A DNA stretch of 29,263 bases from a virus (Duplodnaviria > Caudoviricetes), in IMG/VR virus record IMGVR_UViG_3300033076_000906, positions 1 through 29,263 of that record, one strand, 5' to 3'. How positions within the stretch are numbered: the stretch's first letter is position 1; the number at the start of each line of letters is the position of its first letter. Below the pieces are notes generated by a model. It was not told the DNA's origin and ran no database searches. It worked only from the letters and a program-made list of their open reading frames with translations. A program made the translations under genes and the position numbers. This document shows, piece after piece, positions 7,791 through 14,210 of this stretch.

Positions 7791-8686
7791 GACCCGCCCC
7801 CGATGGCCGGCGCCAGCTGTGCGGCCTCGATCCCGCCGCCCTCGATCTCGCGCACCAGGCGCTCCACCTTCGCCCGGTACAGCGGAAAGGCGGGCACCTC
7901 GCCGCGGGCCAGGGCCTCCTCGGACCACGTGCCGGCGCCAACCTCCACACCCTTGGCCACGATCGTGCGCCAGCTGGTGCGCCAGTCCAGGGGCGCCTGC
8001 GGCGCCTGCGATGCCGGCAGCACGCCGTCCTCCCACCGGCGGCCGCGCAGGTAGACCAGCGGGGCCTCGATGAACCCGCCGGCCCACTTCTCCGTCCCGC
8101 GCTTCGTGCGGACGTCCGCCAGGATGGCCTCGGCCTTCGCGTCCAGTTCGTGCCGGCGCCAGTGGTCCAGGCACTTGGCCTTGTCCTGCTTCCGCTCGTT
8201 AACCGGCCAGGCCTGCCAGAACTCCGGGAACTTATCCACAGCCCCCCGCCTGCGGGGGGTAGGGGGGTTTCGGTTCTCGGTTTCGGTTTCGGTTTCGGTT
8301 ACGGGTAGAACTGTGCGCGGCTCGTCCGCATCTGCATGCACTTGCGAGCATGTGTGTGCATGTGCATGTGGCTGCGGGTACTTGCTCGCTTTCGCCCGCG
8401 GCACGTTCTCCCACCGCAGCAGCTGCAGGTAGGGCTTCCCTTCCACCTCGAAGATCACCAGCAGGCCGTTCCGCTGCAGGTCGGCCAGCAGCCTGGCGCA
8501 GTCGGCCGCGGTCACGCTGTCGCGCACTGGGAAGCATGCCGCCTTCACCATGGCCGGCCTGGCGTCGAAGCGGCCGAAGTCGTCCACCGTGACCAGCAGC
8601 CGGTAGAACAGCACCTCGGCCAGCGGCTGCAGGCTGTCCAGGCGTTCGCTGTCCCGAATGCCCGGGCGCAGATACCTCGTCGGCAT
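7787..8686 (-). CDS. Phage replication initiator (replisome-organizer-like)
   Basis: N-terminal LFYRLLVTVDDFGRF, low-complexity ETETET/PPTP linker, C-terminal FPEFWQAWP..K..W..FIEAPLVYLRGRRWED; lies downstream of cro. Confidence 0.85.
   Translation of the reverse strand: MPTRYLRPGIRDSERLDSLQPLAEVLFYRLLVTVDDFGRFDARPAMVKAACFPVRDSVTAADCARLLADLQRNGLLVIFEVEGKPYLQLLRWENVPRAKASKYPQPHAHAHTCSQVHADADEPRTVLPVTETETETENRNPPTPRRRGAVDKFPEFWQAWPVNERKQDKAKCLDHWRRHELDAKAEAILADVRTKRGTEKWAGGFIEAPLVYLRGRRWEDGVLPASQAPQAPLDWRTSWRTIVAKGVEVGAGTWSEEALARGEVPAFPLYRAKVERLVREIEGGGIEAAQLAPAIGGGS
8232..8370. repeat. Putative replication origin: DnaA box, inverted repeat, hexamer repeats and phased iterons
   Basis: TTATCCACA at 8232-8240; CCCCCCGC-CT-GCGGGGGG at 8242-8259; TTTCGG tandem at 8268-8304; GCAYNTG at 8328, 8338, 8348 and 8358. 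Confidence 0.55.
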
Positions 8687-8688
8687 CG

Positions 8689-9318
8689 TCAGCCCCCTTC
8701 CTGCAGCCGCGGGTGGCCTGCCACAAGCCGGTCGATCGGGCTGCTGCTCGGCCCAGGCCGGATGCCGAGCTCGATCTCGGCAAGTTCCTCGATCCTGGCC
8801 ACGTCTTCGGCGGTGAAGCGCCATGCGTCGTGGCCTTCCGTCAGCCACACGCCGTTCACCCGCACCGCCTCAAGGCGGGCCGCCGTGCCGTCCTCGTCCA
8901 CGATCACCGGCAGCGTGATGCCCCACCAGTCCACCAGCGCGTTCGGCAGCTCGTGCAGGCCGCACTTCGGCGCCGGCTGGCCGCAGGCCTGCAGCGCGGC
9001 CTTCGCGGCGCTTGGCACCGGGCCGCCGCTCGGGTAGGCGATCGACAGCGCGGGCAGGCAGTCGGCCAGCGCCTGGGCCGTGTCCGGTGCATTGGCCAGC
9101 ATCGCGGCATCCTGGGCCGCCGTGCGGCGCATGCCGGACACGCGCGCCACCTCGCTGCCGGTGCTGTCGGTAATGCGGTAGCCGAACCCGATCTGCACAG
9201 CGCGCCACGGGTGGCAGGACGCATCGCTGAACAGCCGCGGTGCGGCCGGCCGTTCTGCGCGATCGCGCGCCAGGTCGGCGCGTCGCTCCGGGTCGAGTCG
9301 TTCGTGCATCGTGCTCAT
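8689..9318 (-). CDS. Hypothetical protein
   Basis: ATGA-coupled start MSTMHERL; PW...DAAMLANAP motif is common in phage early proteins. Confidence 0.7.
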   Translation of the reverse strand: MSTMHERLDPERRADLARDRAERPAAPRLFSDASCHPWRAVQIGFGYRITDSTGSEVARVSGMRRTAAQDAAMLANAPDTAQALADCLPALSIAYPSGGPVPSAAKAALQACGQPAPKCGLHELPNALVDWWGITLPVIVDEDGTAARLEAVRVNGVWLTEGHDAWRFTAEDVARIEELAEIELGIRPGPSSSPIDRLVAGHPRLQEGG

Positions 9319-9590
9319 GCCCGCGCCTCCTGCTGCTCGTCCTGCCGCACCTGCTGGCCGCGGATCGGCTGCAGCAGGCTGTCTGGGTAGAGGAAGGCAC
9401 CGTCGTGGCGGGTGCGCACGCCGTGGACAGCGCCGCGCACGATGGGCCGCACCCACCAGTGCGCGCCGGGGTCGTGCGAGTACTCCACCTCGCCCTGCAG
9501 TTCCACCACCTGCACCAGCAGGCCCACCCAGCACGGTGGCACCCACTCCTCGAAGCGCGTCACCGCGAGATCACCGGCCCGGCAGTTCAT
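9315..9590 (-). CDS. Hypothetical phage protein
   Basis: MNCRAGDLAV...YPDSLLQPIRG pattern; ATGA overlaps at both ends. Confidence 0.75.
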   Translation of the reverse strand: MNCRAGDLAVTRFEEWVPPCWVGLLVQVVELQGEVEYSHDPGAHWWVRPIVRGAVHGVRTRHDGAFLYPDSLLQPIRGQQVRQDEQQEARA

Positions 9591-9835
9591 CGCGCACCCC
9601 GCGCCGCGCTTTCGCGCTCCATGGCCGCCAGCACCTGGTCGGCCGTCACCGCGTTGCCGCCCAGCGCGCACAGGGGCCGCACCCGCGGCGCCGGCACCCG
9701 GCCCCGCGCGGCCCACCCGCTGACGCTGACGTGGCTGATCCCCATGTGCCGGCCCACCTTCGCCGGCCCGCCAGCGGCGCCGATGGCCGCACGGATCACC
9801 TGCTCGGCCGTTGGCGCTTTCATTCCATCCTGCAT
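9587..9835 (-). CDS. cro: Cro/YdaS-like HTH repressor
   Basis: AIGAAGGPAKVGRHMGISHVSVSGWAARGRVP; SD AAAGGGG; divergent from the cI-like gene. Confidence 0.85.
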   Translation of the reverse strand: MQDGMKAPTAEQVIRAAIGAAGGPAKVGRHMGISHVSVSGWAARGRVPAPRVRPLCALGGNAVTADQVLAAMERESAARGAR

Positions 9836-9838
9836 GCT

Positions 9839-9883
9839 TACCCCTTTCAGTTGCAGCCTGATGCTACGGCCTGTAGTATGCAA
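9839..9883 (-). promoter_or_regulatory. PR promoter with OR-like operators
   Basis: TTGCAT(9883-9878)-N17-CAGGCT(9860-9855); operator TGCTAC-GGCCT-GTAGTA at 9862-9878 and a weaker site at 9839-9855. Confidence 0.6.
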
Positions 9884-9914
9884 GATCAACCCCAGCGGTG
9901 GACAATCCCGAGCG

Positions 9915-10103
9915 ATGAACAGGGATATGCACAAGGCCGGCGCGCCTGGGTTCGGCGCACGGCTTCGGCAGGCGATGCGCGCACGCGGTCACGTAAGTGA
10001 CACCGCGCGGTCGGGCGTGGACGTTCCGGCGCTGGCCGATGCCGGCGGCACTTCCTACGAGATGGCGCGACGCTACGCCGAGGGCACGGCGATGCCGCGG
10101 CCG
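9915..10103 (+). pseudogene. cI: Truncated CI-like repressor (HTH only)
   Basis: FGARLRQAM..ALADAGGTSYEMARRYAEGTAMPRP is an XRE HTH. After ~10103 the frame runs through promoter DNA and out of frame across erf until a stop at 10667. Confidence 0.7.
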
Positions 10104-10111
10104 GGTTTTGT

Positions 10112-10152
10112 TGCGGCTTGCTGTTGCATGCTGGTGCTACTTGCGGTAGCAT
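10112..10152 (+). promoter_or_regulatory. PL promoter with OL-like operators
   Basis: TTGCAT(10124-10129)-N17-TAGCAT(10147-10152); perfect dyad TGCTAC-TTGCG-GTAGCA at 10135-10151 and TGCGGC-TTGCT-GTTGCA at 10112-10128. Confidence 0.7.
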
Positions 10153-10212
10153 GCGGGCACGCATCGGGCATTCAGACCCGGGCGCCCCGCAACACCCAGC
10201 AAGGACAGCAGC

Positions 10213-10914
10213 ATGGAAGAAGCACCCAGCAGCGGGCCCGCCGATCGGGCGGCCCTGTATGCGGCCCTGGCCACGGCCCAGGGCCAGTTCCCCCCGATCC
10301 CGAAGAACCGCAGCGTGACGATCCAGCCGAAGGAAGGCCGGGCCTATCACTTCCGCTACGCCGATCTGGAGGCCATCTTCGCCGCGGTGCGGCCCGCCCT
10401 GGCCGCGAATGGCCTGGCGCTGGTGCAGCCGATCGACACCCGATCGGATGGCGGCGGGGTGATGATCACCATGCTCACGCACAGCAGCGGGCAAAGCCTG
10501 GTGGCCGAGACGGTGCTGCCCAAGATGGGCGACCGCGACCCCAAGCAGTACGGCGCCCTGATCACCTACATGCGCCGCTACATGGTCAGCAGCATGCTGG
10601 GCGTGGCCGCCGACGACGACCTGGACGAGAACGGCCAGCATGGCGATCTTCAGGCCGGCACGGCTGAACCGCCGCCCGCCCCGCGTGTCGCCCGCCGCGC
10701 ACCGGCGCCGCAGGTCGGCGCACCAGAGGCGGGGCCCTCGCCCAGCGCCGAGCCGGTCGGGCCCGGCGAGATCGCCTTTTTGCGCAACAAGGCCAAGGCC
10801 GTGAACAAGGATCTGGCCGAGCTGCTGGCCGAGGCCGGCGGCCTGGTGCTGGAGAAGCTGACGCGCGCCGACTTCGACGGCCTGAAGGCCACGCTGCGCA
10901 AGCTGGAGGGCTGA
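10213..10914 (+). CDS. erf: ERF family single-strand annealing protein
   Basis: ALATAQ..IPKN..YADL..LAANGL..HSSGQ..DPKQYGALITYMRRY..LGVAADDDLD. Confidence 0.93.
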   Translation: MEEAPSSGPADRAALYAALATAQGQFPPIPKNRSVTIQPKEGRAYHFRYADLEAIFAAVRPALAANGLALVQPIDTRSDGGGVMITMLTHSSGQSLVAETVLPKMGDRDPKQYGALITYMRRYMVSSMLGVAADDDLDENGQHGDLQAGTAEPPPAPRVARRAPAPQVGAPEAGPSPSAEPVGPGEIAFLRNKAKAVNKDLAELLAEAGGLVLEKLTRADFDGLKATLRKLEG

Positions 10915-10916
10915 CA

Positions 10917-11084
10917 GTGAGCGCTTTCAGGTGGGTTCTTTCTCTCGCTGCTTTCCTGCTGTGCATGCTGACAACCGCAAAGATGCACTTCACCGGCGCC
11001 GACTCGGCGGCGTTTTCGGGGTGGCTGGTGGCCAGCCTGTATGCCTGCGCTGATCTGGTCCGGCAGACCAAGGGGGGCGCATGA
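10917..11084 (+). CDS. Small 2-TM protein (55 aa, not in ORF track)
   Basis: Hand translation MSAFRWVLSLAAFLLCMLTTAKMHFTGADSAAFSGWLVASLYACADLVRQTKGGA*; ATGA overlap with the next gene. Confidence 0.6.
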   Translation: MSAFRWVLSLAAFLLCMLTTAKMHFTGADSAAFSGWLVASLYACADLVRQTKGGA

Positions 11085-11698
11085 CTGCCGACATCCTGGA
11101 ATTCGACGAGGCATCGCACACCTACCGCGTTGGCGGCCGCGTGCTGCCAAGCGTCACGCAGATCCTGCGGCCGATCGGCCCGGATCTGGCCAGCATCCCG
11201 CCCGCCGTGCTGGAGCGGAAGCGCATGCTGGGCACCGCGGCGCACCTGGCCTGCGAGCTGGACGACTGCGGCGAGTTGGACGACAGCGCCACCGATCCCG
11301 ACGTGATGGGCTACGTTCGCGCCTGGCGCCTGTTCGTGGAGCAGTTGGAGGTCACCGTGCTGCTCACCGAACACCGCGCGCACTCGATCAGCCTGGGCTA
11401 TGCCGGCACGATCGACCGGCTGGCCATCATGCCGACGCCCGAGGCCCCGGGCGGCCGCGCGCCCTGGGTGCTGGATCTGAAGACGGCCGCCGAGCCGCAC
11501 CCGTCCTATGGCGTGCAGCTGGCCGGGTATGACCTGCTGCTGCGGGACGCTGGCAAGGTCGCCGCGCCCCTTCGCCGCGGCACCGTGCACCTGCGCCCGG
11601 ACGGCACCTACCGGCTGGTGCCGTTCAACAACCCCAACGACGAGCCAGCCTTCCGCGCGCTGCTCGCCATCCACAACTGGAAGGAATCGACGCAATGA
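11081..11698 (+). CDS. PD-(D/E)XK recombination exonuclease
   Basis: FDEASHTY..PSVTQIL, GTAAH, YAGTIDRL, VLDLKT, QLAGY; next to erf. Confidence 0.88.
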   Translation: MTADILEFDEASHTYRVGGRVLPSVTQILRPIGPDLASIPPAVLERKRMLGTAAHLACELDDCGELDDSATDPDVMGYVRAWRLFVEQLEVTVLLTEHRAHSISLGYAGTIDRLAIMPTPEAPGGRAPWVLDLKTAAEPHPSYGVQLAGYDLLLRDAGKVAAPLRRGTVHLRPDGTYRLVPFNNPNDEPAFRALLAIHNWKESTQ

Positions 11699-12423
11699 CC
11701 CCCGCCACTGCAACCGCCGCCACCGACCTGATCCCGCTCGAGGTGAAGGTGTCTCACCCGCCCGCCGCCAGCCTGGTGCGCGCCGCGCAGTCCGCCATGG
11801 ACATGGTGCAGGCCTTCGAGGTGAACGATGACGCCAGCTACGGCCTGGCCGCCGAGGAGCTGACCAGCATCAAGGGCCGGGCCGCGCGGCTGGATGAACA
11901 GCGCAAGGCCATCACCCGCCCGATGGACGAGGCGAAGGCCGCCGTCATGGACCTGTTCCGCGGGCCGCTTCAACTGCTGCAGCAGGCCGAGGCGGGCCTG
12001 AAGGCCAAGATGCTGGCCTACACCCAGGAGGTGCAGCGCAAGGCCGCGGAGGAGCGGCGCAAGGCCGAGGAGGCCGCGGCCGCCGAGCGCGCGCGCTTGG
12101 CCGCAGAGGCCGCGGCGCTCGAGCAGCAGGGCAGGGCCGGCGAGGCCGAGGTGCAGCGCCAGGTGGCCGCCATGGTCGTGGCCGCCCCGCCGGTGGCCGC
12201 GGCGCCAAAGGCGGCGGGCATCAGCACCACCAGCACACTGGAATTCGAGGTGGAGAACCTGCACCGGCTGGTGCTGCACGTGGCCGAACACCCCGATCTG
12301 CTGCAGCTGCTGCAGGTGGACGGCGTGAAGCTGAGGGCCTACGTGCGCGCCGTGGGCGAGGCCGGGAAGCTGCCCGGCGTGCGGATCTTCACGAAGCAGA
12401 CCATCGCGGCGCGCCGCGGCTGA
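11695..12423 (+). CDS. Coiled-coil hypothetical protein of the recombination module
   Basis: LDEQRKAITRP.., Ala/Glu/Arg-rich helix, C-terminal KLPGVRIF. Confidence 0.8.
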   Translation: MTPATATAATDLIPLEVKVSHPPAASLVRAAQSAMDMVQAFEVNDDASYGLAAEELTSIKGRAARLDEQRKAITRPMDEAKAAVMDLFRGPLQLLQQAEAGLKAKMLAYTQEVQRKAAEERRKAEEAAAAERARLAAEAAALEQQGRAGEAEVQRQVAAMVVAAPPVAAAPKAAGISTTSTLEFEVENLHRLVLHVAEHPDLLQLLQVDGVKLRAYVRAVGEAGKLPGVRIFTKQTIAARRG

Positions 12424-12473
12424 TCAACCCCCAGGCCTGGCATGGTGCCGGGCCACAACCACGAAAGGGCCAC

Positions 12474-12710
12474 ATGATGGCAACCCCGAACCGGATCTAC
12501 TTGATCACCGTGAAGCAGGCGGAAGGCGCGCCGGCATCTGGTGCCCCGCGCCTGGTGCGTGCGCCGAACCAGGCCCAGGCGATCCGCCACGTGGCCGCCG
12601 ACATGCTGGTGGCCGATGTCGCCAGCCAGGATGATCTCGTGATGATGCTGGGCCAGGGCGTCAAGGTCGAAACGAGCGGCCGGCAGCAGGCCGAAGGCGG
12701 CGAAGCATGA
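12474..12710 (+). CDS. Hypothetical phage protein
   Basis: RIYLI..RLVRAPNQAQAIRHVA..VASQDDLV; SD GAAAGGG. Confidence 0.8.
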   Translation: MMATPNRIYLITVKQAEGAPASGAPRLVRAPNQAQAIRHVAADMLVADVASQDDLVMMLGQGVKVETSGRQQAEGGEA

Positions 12711-13141
12711 AGCTGATAGGCCTGGCCCGCCTGGGCCGCGATGCCGAGGTGCGCTACACCCCGGAAGGCACTCCGGTGGCGAACTTCACCGCTGCGTTCA
12801 ACTACGGCCGCAAGGATTCTGAGGGCAAGCGGCCCAGCCAGTGGGTTTCGGTGGCGCTGTGGGGCGAGCGCGCCGAGAAACTGGCCGAGTTCCTCACGAA
12901 GGGCCGGCAGGTGTTCCTGGTGTGCTCGGACGTGCACGTGGAAACCTACGAGAAGAAGAACGAAGGCGGCGCCGCGTTCAGGCTGGTGGCTCGCGTGGAC
13001 GATCTGGCTCTGACAGCCGGCCAGCGCGATGACGGCGCAGCCACGGCGCCGGCACCAGCGCTCCAGCAGAACGCGGCCCGGCCACCTGCGGCGAAGTCGT
13101 CCACCGGCTTCGATGACATGGACAACGACATTCCGTTCTGA
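12707..13141 (+). CDS. ssb: Single-stranded DNA-binding protein
   Basis: RLGRDAEVRYTPEG OB-fold start; acidic tail DDMDNDIPF. Confidence 0.95.
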   Translation: MKLIGLARLGRDAEVRYTPEGTPVANFTAAFNYGRKDSEGKRPSQWVSVALWGERAEKLAEFLTKGRQVFLVCSDVHVETYEKKNEGGAAFRLVARVDDLALTAGQRDDGAATAPAPALQQNAARPPAAKSSTGFDDMDNDIPF

Positions 13142-13182
13142 CCCCGCGGGGATTCGGCCCTGCCTTCCGCGAGAACTACACC

Positions 13183-13392
13183 ATGAGCGATCCCGACGTG
13201 CTGTACGTCCCCCAGCTGGCCGCAAAACTCGGCCGCACTGAATCGGCCATCCGCACCGGCGTGAACCGCGGCGTGGATTGGCTGCCGCCCCGCGTGGACA
13301 TGGGCGGCAGGCTTGCCTGGCGCCGCACCACGGTGGACCAGTGGCTGGAGAAGCGCGAGCAGCGGCCTGCCGCGAAGAAGGGCCGCAAGTGA
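13183..13392 (+). CDS. Excisionase/AlpA-like HTH protein
   Basis: LAAKLGRTESAIR..LPP..GGRLAWRRTTVDQWL. Confidence 0.75.
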   Translation: MSDPDVLYVPQLAAKLGRTESAIRTGVNRGVDWLPPRVDMGGRLAWRRTTVDQWLEKREQRPAAKKGRK

Positions 13393-13997
13393 TCGCCGGC
13401 CGCCGCATCCTTCGCCGCAGCGCGCTGCTGGTTCTTCAGGTGCTGGTCATCGTGCTGTTCGCCCTGGTCACCATCATGGCCACCTACGGGCTGGCGCATG
13501 CGGCCCCAGGCGTCCAGGTCCGCCCGGTGATCGCGTGGGACCAGCCGGGTCTGAACCCGTTTCGCGGCTCGCGCTGGCACGCTGTCATGCGATACGAGCA
13601 CATGCCGTGGGCAACGCGGGCCCGGCTGGCGTGGCGGGTGATGCACGCCGCGCCCGACGCGCTGGCGGAGATCGACCGCACCGGATCGCTGCGCTCCGCA
13701 ACGATCGACTTTACCGACGCCGGCCTGAACGACATGAACTTCGGTCAGCGCCAGGTGGCCAGCCGCGTCACCATGGACGGGTGGAAGCCCGACCACACCG
13801 AGCTCGCCGCGGCCTGGTGCCATGAGCAGTGGTGCATCGTAGAGCCGTTCGTCTGCGGGAACATCAGCTGGACCACCAGGGCGTGGGGGCCCGCCCAACT
13901 GCAGGCCGATGCGCACCACGGGCACGTGCCGGAGCCGGCCGGCGGCGCACTCGCTGTGCTGGCACTGCTGGCCGCCGCGGCCTTCCGGCGCAAGTGA
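13389..13997 (+). CDS. PEP-CTERM sorting-signal protein (MHFG-family-like)
   Basis: Signal peptide ending LAHA, WDQPGLNPF, MNFG, CIVEPFVCGNIS, and C-terminal VPEP-AGGALAVLALLAAAAF-RRK; GTGA-coupled. Confidence 0.85.
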   Translation: MIAGRRILRRSALLVLQVLVIVLFALVTIMATYGLAHAAPGVQVRPVIAWDQPGLNPFRGSRWHAVMRYEHMPWATRARLAWRVMHAAPDALAEIDRTGSLRSATIDFTDAGLNDMNFGQRQVASRVTMDGWKPDHTELAAAWCHEQWCIVEPFVCGNISWTTRAWGPAQLQADAHHGHVPEPAGGALAVLALLAAAAFRRK

Positions 13998-14209
13998 TGC
14001 CGCGCCTGGTGTGCACATGGTGCGGCCGCGAAGGCCACACCGCCAGCAGTTGCCCGCGGCCGCGTGCCAATGGCATAGAATCGGCGCGCCGGCTTTTCCT
14101 CCTCCCTGGGCCGGTCGCTTGCTTGTCCTGCTACTTCTGGCCGCCCCGTGCGGCCAGTTTTTTTGCCAGATCCTCGGCGCGCGGGTGCAGTGGCCAGCGG
14201 TTGGCCTAG
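13997..14209 (+). CDS. Small CCHC zinc-knuckle protein
   Basis: MPRLV-CTWCGREGHTASSC-P is an exact CX2CX4HX4C; TGATG coupling to the upstream stop; the 3' end is uncertain. Confidence 0.6.
   Translation: MPRLVCTWCGREGHTASSCPRPRANGIESARRLFLLPGPVACLSCYFWPPRAASFFARSSARGCSGQRLA
14131..14190 (-). pseudogene. C-terminal remnant of a tyrosine integrase
   Basis: Minus strand encodes LHPRAEDLAKKLAARGGQK*, resembling the RYxHxRAEDLAKKL end of phage tyrosine recombinases; in-frame stop 6 codons upstream; no catalytic Tyr. Confidence 0.5.
14137..14164 (+). terminator. Rho-independent terminator of the early-left operon
   Basis: CTGGCCGC-CCCGT-GCGGCCAG followed by T7. Confidence 0.7.
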
Positions 14210-14210
14210 G

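Noticed and set aside
8268-8304. TTTCGG tandem repeat as a CRISPR array or contingency locus
   Set aside because: No spacers; the hexamer keeps the frame and encodes the ETETET linker typical of initiators.
9587-9835. YdaS/YdaT toxin-antitoxin pair
   Set aside because: YdaS-like proteins are Cro equivalents; no CII/YdaT-like partner is recognisable downstream.
9240-10667. 475-aa plus-strand ORF as a real protein
   Set aside because: Only 9915-10103 is protein-like. The rest is antisense to cro-operon genes or out of frame over PL and erf.
11081-11698. Cas4 / CRISPR-associated nuclease
   Set aside because: No four-Cys Fe-S pattern, no cas genes and no array seen; position next to erf and ssb fits a recombination exonuclease.
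12434-12454. Hairpin GGCCTGGCA-TGG-TGCCGGGCC as a terminator or nut site
   Set aside because: No U-tract, no boxA and no N gene; GC-rich hairpins arise easily by chance here.
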